Source of the DNA: Octopus vulgaris
Taxonomy: Eukaryota
Reading direction: 5' to 3'
Assembly (NCBI GenBank): GCA_951406725.2
Contig: OX597833.1
Coordinates: forward strand, 10,478,001-10,542,000
DNA: 64,000 nt
Shown here one piece after another: positions 13,981 to 28,335 of this stretch; positions within the stretch are counted from its first letter, which is position 1; each line of letters begins with the position of its first letter. The position numbers and the translations under genes are program-made. The notes under the pieces were generated by a model. It did no database searches, had not been told where the DNA came from, and was given only the letters and a program-made list of their open reading frames with translations.

Positions 13981-14098
13981 CAGACATGGGCAATCCTTTT
14001 CGAAAAGCAGGCAACACTAATAAAAAAAAATTAAAGATAATTTTTCGTTTGGCGCGCCATTCGTTTAGGTCTCGCGGGCCGCAGGTTGCTCATGACCG
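13981..14098. mobile_element. hAT-like MITE
   Basis: cagacatgggcaa ... gcgggccgcaggttgctcatgaccg imperfect TIRs. Confidence 0.5.
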
Positions 14099-14126
14099 CT
14101 TTAACTTTTGTTATAATTCTTCCTAA

Positions 14127-14241
14127 GGATCTTTTCAATTTTGTTTACAATAATGTTTTCTTTTGACACATTCTACCAGTATACGAAGTTTCAAATTTTT
14201 TAGTTAACTAGAAAATTCCGTCCATCAAACAGAAAAGATCC
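14127..14241. mobile_element. Short Merlin-like MITE
   Basis: GGATCTTTTC...GAAAAGATCC termini; 8-bp TSD cttcctaa/cttccgaa. Confidence 0.72.
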
Positions 14242-15738
14242 CTTCCGAATTTTTGCATAAGACCTGCAGTTTTAAGGGAGGGGAACTAGTCGATCACATC
14301 GACCCCCAGTACGCAGACTTATACTTAATTTATCGACACCAAAAGGATAAAAGGCAAAGTCGACCTCGGCGGAATTTGAACTCACAACGTAAAGAACCGG
14401 ACGTTTTATTATTATAAAGGTTGAATAAGGTTTAAAATAAACGGGTCTCCACTTAACGCTCAACAGTACACAACAGAAAGGGCCACAGGGAAACGACATG
14501 CTATACTCTTCACCGAATTTTAAATTCCTCAATTTACACATTTACTAAGACTAATTAATCCGAGTTAATTGCTGTTTCATGGTGTATTTTATAGACAAAA
14601 AGAATATTTTGTGGATATGGCAGGAGTGGCTGTGTGGTAAGTAGCTTGCTAACCAACCACATGGTTCCGGGTTCAGTCCCACTGCGTGGCATCTTGGGCA
14701 AGTGTCTTCTGCTATAGCCCCCAGGCCGACCAATGCCTTATGAGTGGATTTGGTAGACGGAAACTGAAAGAAGCCTGTCGTATATATGTATATATATATA
14801 TATAAATGTGTGTGTGTGTGTATGTCTGTGTTTGTCACCCTAGCATTGCTTGACAACCGATGCTGGTGTCTTTAAGTCCCCGTCACTTAGCGGTTCGGCA
14901 ATAGAAACCGAAAGAATAAGTACTGGGCTTACAAAAGAATAAGTCCCGGGTTCGAGTTGCTCGACTAAAAGGCGGTGCTCCAGCATGGCCGCAGTCAAAT
15001 GACTGAAACAAGTAAAAGAAAAGAATAAAAGAATAATTCGGGGATTCCACATGTGTAGTATTAAATGATACTTTATGCGCTAACGGAGGAAGCCTGGGAC
15101 CATTAGGGCCCATCGTTTAACGGTATATTTTTTAAACAGTAAAACTTCAGAATTCATGTAGGCATTGGGGAATTTTAGCATATTACTATGTGGTCCCTAT
15201 AACTGAAGTTCGTTTATATACATATTCGACAACTTTATCAAATAAACCAAAGCGTCAAGTCCTATTTTATAGTTGTTAAAAGAAGTAGAAAAACACGAAA
15301 ATATGTTCTGTAATATTTTCATTATTGAATAATTTCGAAATATGTTGAATCCTGCCACGTCCTCAAATACTAACATATTTTTGCCATCTAATCATTTATT
15401 AATTGACAGATATTGTTGCTAAAGTCCACCGCTGCAGCATAAATAAATATAGTCACAACAGGCCTTTGTGCGCGAAATCTTGTGTACTTGCCTGGTAACA
15501 GATTTAATTTTAGTGGCGACATGAAAAACCACTCAGAGATGGTTGTAATCAAAATGGGTTACCCCAGGGTTTAAACGAACAAAGATAAAAAAAAAATTTT
15601 TTTCAAAATGGAAAATAAGTGGGTTGAGTTCTCATTGTATATCAAAATATACCTTATTTTCTTTTTAAAAAAAAAGTTATCTTCAAATAAAACCCCCGAG
15701 GGTCAGGATGTAGCGATTAGGATTGTGGTTTAAGGAGA

Positions 15739-16250
15739 GGGTCGACTTTGCCTTTCATCCTTTCGGGGTCGATTAAATAAGTACCAGTCACGCACTGGGG
15801 TCGATATAATCAACTTAATCCCTTTGTCTGTCCTTGTTTGTCCTCTCTGTGTTTAGCCCCTTGTGGGTAGTAAAGAAATAGGTATTTCGTCTGCCGTTAC
15901 GTTCTGGGTTCAAATTCAGCCGAGGTCGACTTTGCCTTTCATCCTTTCGGGGTCGATAAATTAAGTACCAGTTATGCACTGGGGCCGATGTAATCGACTT
16001 AATACCTATGTCTGTCCTTGTTTGTCCTCTCTGTGTTTAGCCCCTTGTAGGTAGTAAAGAAATAGGTATTTCGCCTGCCGTTACGTTCTGGGTTCAAATT
16101 CAGCCGAGGTCGACTTTGCCTTTCATCCTTTCGGGGTCGATTAAATAAGTACCAGTTACGCACTGGGGTCGATGTAATCGACTTAATCCGTTTGTCTGTC
16201 CTTGTTTGTCCTCTCTGTGTTTAGCCCCTTGTGGGTAGTAAAGGAATAGG
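15739..16250 (+). mobile_element. SINE B trimer, 5'-truncated
   Basis: Three monomers flanked by TSD ggtttaaggaga (15727-15738, 16249-16260). Confidence 0.88.
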
Positions 16251-17313
16251 TTTAAGGAGATGGTTCGGAGTTAAGGTTGAGATTTTAGTTAAGGGCAAAG
16301 ATTAGTTTCGGGGTTATATTTTAAGGGTTAATTTAGGGATTGGATTTAGGGCGAGGTTTAATTTAGAGGCAAGAATTAAGCTTTTAAAGGCTAGTTTAAG
16401 GCTCTGATTATGCTGATGAAATTGTATTTTTCTAAATTTCCTGTTCTAAACGGAAGTCTTGTTGCAATTTCAAAATGTTCAATAAATATATGGAAACAAT
16501 CGCAGTTTAAAATATTTGCGCTTGTTTTAGTTTCGAACCTGAAATTTAAGTTCAAAAACCGAAGTTTGTTGTTACCCCTGTTCCCAATAACCCCCATCCT
16601 TATTTCTATTTCCTTCTTTTATTCACCATTTGGTCTATTTATCACACACACACACACACACAGTCTCTCTCTCTCTCTCTCTCTCTCTGGCTCTCAACCT
16701 CTTTTTCCCCTTCATACTCTACCTCCCTCTCAATCTCTTTCACCTCCTCTTCCTCCCTCTCTCTCAATTTCTTTTACCATCTCTTCTTCTCCCTCTCTCT
16801 TATTACATAATCCTCTCTCTCCCCTCTCTCTCTTATTCTAATCACAGCTCTCTCCATCTCTTACTCCAACCCCACCTCCTTCTCTCAATTTCTCTATCTG
16901 CCTCGCTCTCCCTCCCCCTCTCTCTCTCTATCTCTTTCTTATCCCCACCCAGTCTCTCAATACTCCCTCTCTCATATCTCCCTATCTCTCTACACTCCCT
17001 TTCTCGTATCTCCCTCTCTATTCCCCGCCTCCTAACTTTCTCATATATCACTTTGTCCCAGTACTTTGTCTCTGTGTTTAATAGATATACGCAGTGCTCG
17101 TATATATAATATATATACATATACATATATATATACTCGTTATGTGTAGCAGCAACAGCATAAACTAAATAGCCGTGATCTTCAAACATTATAATAATAC
17201 TTGGCTATTTAATATATAACATCTGTTGGTGAATTAAGTAATGTCTCACAATGTAATATATATTACTTTGACATCAACTATTAACACTGGGACATTCTTT
17301 CTATTACACATTA

Positions 17314-17718
17314 CTAGCAGTATAGCCCTGCATTGCTCGGGTTTGTTTCGACCCTTTAGAATTGGGATTTTTGAAAAGTAAAAATTTTGGTATTATGTAG
17401 CTTGTTATTCTCTTTAAGTGAACATTTTTCTGGTTGAAATACACCGAAAAATAGCGACACAGCAGGCAAAAAATCGTAAAAAATAGGGATTTTCATAGAG
17501 AAAAAAAAAAGCACCTTATTGATGTAAATAATTTTTGGTGTTAACGTGGTCCGATTTTAATTTTTTCTTCTACGGAAGGAAGAGCAAGCCTTCTATCATA
17601 CTCTCAATTTTGGTCAACTTACGCCGCAGGGTCTCGGAGGAGATAGTGTTAGTTGAAGGCTACCAAACCTGCCATACACAGACAACTTCAGCTTTATATA
17701 TATATAGAGAGAGAGAGA
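17314..17718 (-). mobile_element. Non-autonomous Helitron (second subfamily)
   Basis: Same termini on the minus strand; homologous to 41919-42323. Confidence 0.8.
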
Positions 17719-17975
17719 TTACTTCGACATCTGCTATCGACGCTGGGACATTCTTCCTGTTAGACATTATTCCATTCGGGACGACGTCAGTCTATTTAAT
17801 TTGGTCATTCGGTGCAGTAGAAAAAGCAGCCAATTTACCCTCTCTATCAGTGTTTAGGAACGGGGTTCCATATGGCTTCTGAGGATCCCCTATAGTATTT
17901 TAAGAGCCCCTGAACAAATTTAGTTTTAGCTGTATGTATTGGTATGTATTGCAAGACAGCTGGGTTTCTTTAACA

Positions 17976-18362
17976 TCTTTATATATAAAAGTGAAGTTGT
18001 GTGTCTGTCTCCTACGATTTAGATTCCTAACTACTCCCACATTTTGCGGTGCAGTTTAACTAAAACCGGGTATCTTATAGTCGTGATTCATATCGAGCCC
18101 TTCTGGGTATTAGCGCGAGTCTACGATTTTTAAAATAATTTACCATCATTTTTTTCCATTTTAATGCATTTTTTCACTATTATATAAGGGAAGTAACTCT
18201 CTAAAAACGTATACGATGAGTCTACGATTTAAAAAAAAATTTACCATATTTTTTTTCCATTTTTAATGCATTTTTTTTGCTATTTTTTGGCTATAACTCT
18301 CTAAAAATGCTTATATAGTTATTTCCCTTACAAACCCGAGCAACGCCGGGCGATACTGCTAG
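17976..18362 (+). mobile_element. Non-autonomous Helitron
   Basis: A|TC start; 3' hairpin cccgagcaacgccggg then CTAG|T. Confidence 0.85.
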
Positions 18363-18714
18363 TTTTAAATAATTCAATTTACACAATGTGTGAAAATCAA
18401 AATAGGAGTTTTGGTAGACGTCTCTATAAAATTAGTTTTTTAGACATAGAATGGCTATAGGGGTCCACCGGTATAAAATAGTAATCGAAGGGTTTCATAA
18501 ATGTATATTATATTCTTTTACTTTACTCTTTTACTTGTTTCAGTCATTTGACTGTGGCCATGCTGGAGCACCGCCTTTAGTCGAGCAAATCGACCCCGGG
18601 ACTTATTCTTTGTAAGCCTAGTACTTATTCTATCGGTCTCTTTTTGCCGAACCGCTAAGTTACGGGGACATAAACACACCAGCATCGGTTGTCAAACACA
18701 CACACACACACACA

Positions 18715-18754
<40 letters not shown>

Positions 18755-19244
18755 CCGAAATTGCTAGGATGATCCAGTTCTTGACTGAAGATTGAAGGCT
18801 TCGAATGTCCCATCCGTGTTTTTTGTATCGTCTTCTAAATGTTTTACGTTCTTGTCCCAGTTTGTATTTTTCTACACATAATAATATATATATATATACA
18901 TATACATATATACGAGGGGCTTCTTTCAGTTTCCGCCTACCAAATCCACTGAAAAGGCTTTGGTCGGCCCGACGCTATAGTAGAAGACACTTGCCCAAGG
19001 TGCCATGCAGTGGGACTGAACCCGGAACCATGTGGTTGGTAAGTAAGCTACTTACCACACAGCCACTCCTTATATATTACGCATACATTACGATTATAAA
19101 GAAAATTTATGGGAAAAATCTTTTCCAAGGGGATGGGGAGAGGACTTCTGGAAAATTCCCTAGTTCCGAATTATTCCTCATTTTTGTTTCATTTCATCTT
19201 CAATTCATTTTACCCTTTTTAAAACCCTTCGGTCGTTATTACTT

Positions 19245-19285
<41 letters not shown>

Positions 19286-19718
19286 ATATAGATAGATAGA
19301 TAGATACACACATACATACATACATATATCATATATATATATTTGCATCCATATATTCTTACTCTTTTACTTGTGGTGGACAGATGAACACACACACATA
19401 TATACGATGGGCTTCTTTCAGTTTCCATCTACCAAATCCACTCACAAGGCTATGGTCAGCCTAAGGCTATAGTAGAATACACTTGCCCAAGGGCAACGCA
19501 GTGGGACCGAACCCAGAACCATATGGTTGGTAAGCAAGCTACTTACCACACAGCCACTCCTGTGCCTAGCTATAAATACATATATAAATTGGAGATGATC
19601 CCAACTAGGTTCAAGCAGTTGTTCTACCTTCTCTGAAAACGGAGATAATCTCGGTTAATCAGAACTCAAATCTTGTATGGTATTTAATATATTCTCGTTT
19701 CATCTATCTATATATCTA

Positions 19719-19754
<36 letters not shown>

Positions 19755-19905
19755 ATGTCTGTGTGCATATATATATATATATATGTATATGTGTGTATAA
19801 ATATATATACGTATATGTGTGTGTGTGTGTGTATATATATATAATACGTATATATGTGTGCATATAAATATGTATATATATATATATATACAAAAAAATG
19901 CATAT

Positions 19906-19939
<34 letters not shown>

Positions 19940-20861
19940 ATATATGTACATATTTATATGCACACACATATATACATATTATATATATATACATATATGC
20001 ACACACACACATATATACATATATATATATATACACATATATATACACATATACATATATATATGCATATATACACACACGCATATACACATATATATAT
20101 ATGCATATACACGCGCACATATACATATATATATATATATACGCATATACACACATACACAATGTGTGTGTATATACACACACACTTCATCATCATCATT
20201 CACAAGTTTCTCTTCCAAAAATAACTGGCAATTACCATTACGCTTTTTTATCTTTCACTTTTCTTGTTGTTTTTTATTTATTATTTGCTTATTTGTCTCT
20301 GAATAATTAATTGAGATTTTTTTTTCTCATTCGCATGGCCATCACGCTTTAGGAAAGGTTTTTTTCCTCAAACTGGACAAACACCAGAATCACACCTCAC
20401 AAGCACCACCCAACATAATTCTCACATTCTTTGTTCTTCTACTTCACTCCATTCTTAATCAATTAAAACTACTAATCAGTGTTTGCCTCCACCTAATTAA
20501 TACTTCTTTCTGCAACATGGTGTTGGACTGAGGCCATGCTGGGGCACTGGCATGAAGGGTTTTAATCAAACAAATCAACTCCAGTAATTTTTCCCCAAAG
20601 AATAAGCCAACAAATTACCATTTTCAATAATGCAAAGTTCTTGGGTCGAAGGCATTTTCATCGTCAATATTATCAGCATTGTTATAATGTTTATTTTTCC
20701 AGGCGCAGGAGTGGCTGTGCGGTAAGTAGCTTGCTTCCCAACCACATGGTTCTGGGTTCAGTCCCACTGCGTGGCACCTTGGGCAAGTGTCTACTGTAGC
20801 CTCGGGCCGACCAAAACCTTGTGATTGGATTTGGTGAACGGAAACTGGAAGAAGCCCGTAA

Positions 20862-20913
<52 letters not shown>

Positions 20914-23240
20914 AGTGTGTGTGTGTTTGTATCATTATGCGTCTGTGTTTGTCCCCCCAACATCGCTTGACAACCAATGCTGGTGTGTTTATGTCCCCAT
21001 AACTTAGTGGTTCAGCAAAAGAAGACCGATAGAATAAGTACTAGGTTTACAAAGAATAAGTCCTGGAGTCGATTTGCTCGACTAGAGGCGGTGCTCCAGC
21101 ATGGTCACAGTCAAATGACTGAAACGAGTAAAAGAAAAAGAATAAAAGAATGCTTGCATAGGTCACCAAAGTGGGTTTTCTTGGCTGGATGCTTTTCCTG
21201 TTGCCAACCATTACCTGTTTCTCAGCAAAGGGTTATCATCATCATCATTCAACATCCGCTTCCCATGCTAGCATGGGTTGGACGGTTCAACCGGGGTCTG
21301 GGAAGCCATGAAGGCTGCACCAGGCTTCAGTCTGATCTGGCAGTGTTTCTACAGCTGGATGCTCTTCCTAACACCAACCACTCCATGAGTGTACTGGGTG
21401 TTTTTTACGTGCCACCAGCACAGGAGCCAGAGGAGGCTGGCAAACACCCACGATCGGTTGGTGCTTTCACGTGTAACCGACACGGACACCAGACAGGCAG
21501 CGCTGGCGTCTGCCATGTTCGGATGGTGCTTTTTACGTGTCACCAGCACGGGTATCTTAACTACAATTTCCATTTGATTTTCATTTTGATGTTGGTGTTA
21601 ACGTACTTGACTCAATAGGTCTCTTCAAGAACAGCAGGTCACTCTACGATCCAAGGTTAGCACAGCAGGCCATCCTGCGAGCCATGAACTCACTTCATTT
21701 GTCGGGTCTTCACAGTCACAGCATATCTCAAGGGTCTCGGTATTTCGTCATTTCCTCTGTGAGGCCTTACGTGCCACCAGCACGGGTATCACAACATACG
21801 ATTTTTATTTTGATGTTGATGAACTTGACATAATAGGTCTCCTCAAGCGCAGCAGGCCATCCTGCAAGCCATGAACTCCCTTCATTTGTCGGGTTTTCGA
21901 AGTCACAGCATATCTCCAGAGGTCTCGGTCTATCGTCATAGCCTCTGTGAGGCTCAACGTACAGAGGTCATGCTTGACCGACTCGTGCTCAAGACAAAAT
22001 ATAATTTTAGGGACGTTTGCAAGCAAATAACATCACTTATAGAACAATGATGTCTGTTTGTGACTAGTGTGTGCAATCAAAACTAGAAGTCACTCAGATA
22101 CATGCATAGACGTGCGTGTGTGTGTGTGAAGATTTTTACCTAGACAGGTTTTAAAACATGTCTAGTGTCTCCAAGTAATCTTCAGGCTCTAGAAACACTA
22201 GCTATGTTTTAAAACCTGCCTAGATAAAATTTTCTACGTATGAAACTGTTAATGGCTCATAACTATATCAGAGACCCCCTTCGGTCATGACACAGACCAT
22301 GGGATTGCACCTAGAAAGTTACCCTCCGAGGCGCAAGTCCAGGCAAGGCTGTTTATGGAAGACCAGCACTCGCCCATGCATACCAGTTTCTTTTCTCCAT
22401 GCCATCGATGTTATCCAAGGGAAAGACAAAGGGGCCGATACAGCTTGGTACCTGTGACGTCGCAACTCTTTTCTACAGCTGAGTGATCTGGAGCAACGTG
22501 AAATAAAGTGTCTTGCTGAAGAAAATAACATGCATCCTGGTCCGGGATTCGAACTCATAACCTCACGATCGTAAGTTCGACACTCTCACCACTGAGCCAT
22601 GTACCTTCACTATATACTATGCATATTAAATGATATTTATCTCTTGTCAGATGAGGTACTTTTTTATTGATCTTACCTGAATGGAAAAGTAAACTTGTGT
22701 GTGTGTGAATGAATGAATGAGAGGAGGCTTTGATTGGCCTGGTGCTACAGTTGAAAACATTTGTTCAAGGTGCCATATGCTGAGTCTAAACCCAAATTTA
22801 ATAACAAAAATTTAAATGCTGGATTGAACTTCAACTTTCCCATTCCCAAAACAAATAGTAAAATCTCTCATTAATATCCAAATAAAACCAACAACTAAAC
22901 CTAGTGATATGTCTGCTGACCAACTAAACCCTTCTATCTACTTACATTGTTTTAAAAAACTAAAAAGAACATGACCTGAAGCTGACACACTTAAATAGAC
23001 TCATTTGATTACAAAGTTCTACAAGCCTGAATAAATTCTAAACAATAGCACAACCCCAAATTTAATCAATAAAAAGTCTCCATAACACCTCTCCATCACA
23101 ACTTACCATGCAACCTAATTATCATTCAACAGAGCTTGACTTATTCCAGAAAGTGTTATCTTAACAGAAACTGTATGCGGTCAAGATGAATTCAAGTGTC
23201 CCAGTGGCTGATGATGAGTTGACTGGCCAAAACTTTGAAG

Positions 23241-23331
<91 letters not shown>

Positions 23332-23416
23332 CCAGTCATTCAAAATATGACTGCGTGTGTACTGTTGGCAATTTTTTTTTCCTCTGTCTTCCCTTCTCTA
23401 GGCCTTTCCTTCTCCT

Positions 23417-23455
23417 ATGTTTCTGACGAAGAGCTCCGCTCGAAACGTTAAACAT
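23417..23455 (+). ncRNA. Minimal type-I hammerhead ribozyme in a ~215-bp element (23330-23545) inside (TA)n
   Basis: atgttt-CTGACGA-a-gagc(tcc)gctc-GAAA-cg-TT-aaacat: perfect 6-bp stem I, intact core, palindromic aacgtt stem III. Confidence 0.72.
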
Positions 23456-23540
23456 TCCTTCTTTCCTGTGCGTCCAATAATACTATATTTGTTCCACGTC
23501 CTCGCGTTGTTGTGTTTTTTTTGTGCTTTCTTGTTAGGAT

Positions 23541-23586
<46 letters not shown>

Positions 23587-23877
23587 CATTTCTTTAAAAA
23601 AATCACGAAACACGTGTCGTTATTCTACCAAATATATACGTTTTTATTATTAATTTGCAATTTACTTAATCATCGGTATATTATTATTTTAATTTTAATT
23701 TTAATATTTCTATTATATGTAATTTTCCAGATGGTGTAATTTAATTATTCATTTTGAAATGATAGAAGATGGTTTTTTTCTAATATTTTCTAATATTTTA
23801 TATTGTGTGAAATTTGATTTAGTATTTCTAAATTGAATTTTTCCCTGTAAGTTTGGAATAATATTCCCTCAAATAAT

Positions 23878-23919
<42 letters not shown>

Positions 23920-24320
23920 GGCGCAGGAGTGGCTGTGTGGTAAGTAGCTTGCTAACCAACCACATGGTTCCGGGTTCAGTCCCACTGCGTGGCATCTTGG
24001 GCAAGTGTCTTCTGCTATAGCCCCGGGCCGACCAATGCCTTGTGAGTGGATTTGGTAGGCGGAAACTGAAAGAAGCCTGTCGTATATATGTATATATATG
24101 TATGTATGTGTGTGTGTTTGTGTGTCTGTGTTTGTTCCCCTAGCATTGCTTGACAACCGATGCTGGTGTGTTTACGTCCCCGTCACTTAGCGGTTGGGCA
24201 AAAAGCGACCGATAGAATAAGTACTGGGCTTACAAAAAGAATAAGTCCCGGGGTCGAGTTGCTCGACTAAAGGCGGTGCTCCAGCATGGCCACAGTCAAA
24301 TGACTGAAACGAGTAAAAGA

Positions 24321-24347
<27 letters not shown>

Positions 24348-24355
<8 letters not shown>

Positions 24356-24553
24356 AAAAGAAAATGGAGGAAACATAACAAAGAGAAGCGTGTCTTTTGC
24401 ACTAGTAAACCATTATTTAATTAGTAAATAAAGGTGAGAGTGATCGTAAACAACTTCACTCTCACCTTTATCTACTAATTAAATAATGGCTTACTAGCAC
24501 AAAAGACACACTTCTCTTTGTTTTTATTCCCCCATTTTCTTCTTGTCTATATA
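24348..24553. repeat. ~100-bp-arm inverted repeat adjoining (TA)n (PLE-like)
   Basis: agacaaaaag...aaaggtgagagtga versus tcactctcaccttta...cttcttgtct. Confidence 0.7.
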
Positions 24554-24690
24554 AATTAAACTACGGTTTACCTGCTTTATTACCAGCTGCCGTATACCTT
24601 TTACCAAGGAATATACCCACTGAGGTAATCACCAGGAGTGCCTTTGGATATATCTATCCCTTAACGGCTATAAAACACCTAACTTATACC

Positions 24691-24721
<31 letters not shown>

Positions 24722-24848
24722 TATTAATAACACGCATATTAGCTGTGTGGTAAGTAGCTTGCTTACCAACCACATGGTTCTGGGTTCAGTCCCACTGCGT
24801 GGCACCTTGGGCAAGTGTCTTCTACTATAGCCTTGTGAGTGGATTTAC

Positions 24849-24889
<41 letters not shown>

Positions 24890-24908
24890 TAGATAGATAG
24901 ATAGATAT

Positions 24909-24943
<35 letters not shown>

Positions 24944-25248
24944 TATAGATAGATAGATATAGATATATAGATAGATAGATATAGATATATATATAGATAT
25001 ATATATAGATAGATATATATATATATATATATATATTATGTGAAATAGAAAGATGAATAATCTTGTAACAGATTAATCAAAAGTTTAACCGATACCTTGG
25101 TAGCAAAAATCACAGCAGAAGACAGTACGGTTGGAGGTACAACCATATGTTGTTGCAACCGTGCGTTGGTGCGGATAATTGAAATTAAAATATTATTGGT
25201 GAATTGAAGAAATGGAGCTGAACGAAGATTGAACAGAAATCGTTTTAT

Positions 25249-25335
25249 TTCATTCTACACGTGTTTCGAAAGGCACAATTTACCAAAATCCGATTGAATA
25301 ATGAGACCATATTGTGCCTTTCTCTTCAGGAAGAA
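25249..25335 (-). ncRNA. Type-I hammerhead ribozyme in an element (~25038-25430) inside (TA)n
   Basis: Minus strand: ttcttc-CTGAAGA-gaaaggcacaat...attgtgcctttc-GAAA-cacgtg-TA-gaatgaa; 12-bp perfect stem II, palindromic stem III. Confidence 0.8.
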
Positions 25336-25434
25336 ATAGGAAATCCGTTGGAAAAAACAAAAACAGAACAGAGGCGGAGCAAAACAAATCGAACTAGGCT
25401 CCTAAGAGCCCATGGCCAAACTTAGATATATGTA

Positions 25435-25479
<45 letters not shown>

Positions 25480-26115
25480 CATACATATATACATATATAC
25501 GACGGGCTTCTTTCAGTTTCCGTCTACCAAATCCACTCACAAGTCTTTGGTCGGCCCGAGACAATAGTAGAAGACACTTGCCCAAGGTGCCACGCAGTGG
25601 GACTGAACCCGGAACCATGTGGTTGGGAAGCAAGCTACTTACCACACAGCCACTCCTGCGCCTATATATATATATATTCTTTTATTCTTTTACTTGTTCA
25701 GTCATTTGACTGTGGTCATGCTGGAGCACCACCTTTAGTCGTACAAAGCAACCCTAGGACTTACTCTTTGTGAGCCTAGTACTTATTCCGTCGGTCTCTT
25801 TTGTCAGTCCGCTAAGTTTCAAGGACATAAACACACCAAGATTAGTTGTTAAAGGCAACACACAGAAATACACACATACACATACGCACATACACACACA
25901 GGCACATATATACATACATACATGTATATAGTATATGTACGTACACACACGCACAAACACAATGGGATTCTTTCAGTTTCCACCTACAAAATCCACTGAC
26001 AAGGCTTTGGTCAGCCCGAGGCTATAGTAGAAGACACTTGCCCAAGGTGCCACGCAGTGGGACTGAACCCGGAACCATGTGGTTGGGAAGCAAGATTCTT
26101 ACCTCAGAGCCATGT

Positions 26116-26147
<32 letters not shown>

Positions 26148-26246
26148 TGTGTGTGTGTGTGTGTCCTAATCGGATTGGGCACTGTCCCATCATTAACTAT
26201 TGAAAAGAAAAAAAACTACACACACACACACACACACATATATAAT

Positions 26247-26281
<35 letters not shown>

Positions 26282-26665
26282 TAATAAAACAAGCCTGCCA
26301 ACTGCTGCTGCTGCTGCTGCTGATGATGATGATGATGATAATGATGTCATCAGTATTAGTCATGTTGTCATCACAACTAATGATACTGACATCAAGTCTG
26401 CCACCTGTGCTGCTGCTGCTACTACTACTACTACTACTACAACTATATTACTACTACTACTACAACTACTAGTATACTATTATTATTATGATTACTATGA
26501 CAACCACAATTATACTACTACTACTACTATCACCACCACCACCACCACCACAATTACCTTGAATGGCACTTAGCAGTCACTACTACTTATACAGCCAAGA
26601 ATGATACCACTTCAACTACTACCACCGCTGTCATTTCAACTATCATACCACCATTAATATCACTA

Positions 26666-27243
26666 AGGCGGCGAGCTGGCAGAAGCGTTAGCACGCCGGG
26701 CAAAATGCTTAGCGGTATTTCGTCTGCCGTTACGTTCTGAGTTCAAATTCCGCCGAGGTCGACTTTGCCTTTCATCCTTTCGGGGTCGATAAATTAAGAA
26801 CCAGTTATGCACTGGGGTCGATACAATCAACTTAATCCCTTTGCCTGTCCTTGTTTGTCTCCTCTGTGTTTAGCCCCTTGTGGGTAATAAAGAAATAGGT
26901 GTTTCGTCTGCCATTACGTTCTGAGTTCAAATTCCTCCGAGGTCGACTTTGCCTTTCATCCTTTCGGGGTCGATAAATTAAGTACCAGTTATGCACTGGG
27001 GTCGATATAATCGGCTTAATCCCTTTGCCTGTCCTTGTTTGTCCCCTCTGTGTTTAGCCCCTTGTGGGTAGTAAAGAAATAGGTATTTCGTCTGTCTTTA
27101 CATTCTGAGTTCAAATTCCGCCGAAGTTGACTTTGCCTTTCATCCTTTCGAGGTCGATAAATTAAGTACCAGTTGCATACTGGGGTAGATCTATTTTGAC
27201 TGGCTCCCTCCCCAAAAATTTCGGACCTTTTGCCGAGAGCAGA
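26666..27243 (+). mobile_element. SINE B trimer with head
   Basis: aaggcggcgagctggcagaa head followed by three core monomers. Confidence 0.88.
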
Positions 27244-27369
27244 ATATTACAGCAAGCAATTCTGCATCAACTAACCACTACTTCTGTTGCCAAGAACAAC
27301 ACCAGTTCGACTGCCACCAGCACCACAACCAGCACCACAACCACCAACATTATCACCAGCACCGCAACC

Positions 27370-28335
27370 ACCATCATCACCACTGCCACTCCTCACCATC
27401 AACACAACCAACACCACTGCAACGACCACCACCACAATCACCATCATCATCACCACTGCCACTCCTCACCACCACCACCACTGCAATGACCACCACAACC
27501 ACCATCATCATCACCTGCCACTCCTCACCATCAACACAACCAACACCACTGCAACGACCACCACCACAATCACCATCATCATCACCACTGCCACTCCTCA
27601 CCACCACCACCACTGCAATGACCACCACAACCACCATCATCATCACCACTGCCACTCCTCACCATCAACACAACCAACACCACTGCAACGACCACCACCA
27701 CAATCACCATCATCATCACCACTGCCACTCCTCACCACCACCACCACTGCAATGACCACCACAACCACCATCATCATCACCACTGCCACTCCTCACCATC
27801 AACACAACCAACACCACTGCAACGACCACCACCACAATCACCATCATCATCACCACTGCCACTCCTCACCACCACCACCACTGCAATGACCACCACAACC
27901 ACCATCATCATCACCACTGCCACTCCTCACCATCAACACAACCAACACCACTGCAACGACCACCACCACAATCACCATCATCATCACCACTGCCACTCCT
28001 CACCATCAACACAACCAACACCACTGCAACGACCACCACCACTACCACCACAACCACCATCATCAGCACCACTGCCACTCCTCACCACCACCACCAACAC
28101 CACTGCAACGACCACCACCACCACAACCACCATCATCATCACCACTGCCACTCCTCACCACCACCACCAACACAACCAACACCACTGCAACGACCACCAC
28201 CACAACCACCATCATCATCACCACTGCCACTCCTCACCACCACCACCAACACAACCAACACCACTGCAACGACCATCACCACCACCACCACCACCACCAC
28301 AACCACCACCACCACAACTGCCACTCCTCACCACC
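27370..28335 (+). repeat. CAC/CAT-rich minisatellite with ~134-bp higher-order unit
   Basis: ccatcaacacaaccaacacc recurs at about 27397, 27528, 27662, 27796 and 27930. Confidence 0.88.

Noticed and set aside
23168-23245. Candidate first PAFAH1B exon or LDLa-like peptide (VCGQDEFKCPSG)
   Set aside because: Stop codon right after the LDLa-like stretch; no NPA...GD.RW motif or suitable donor.
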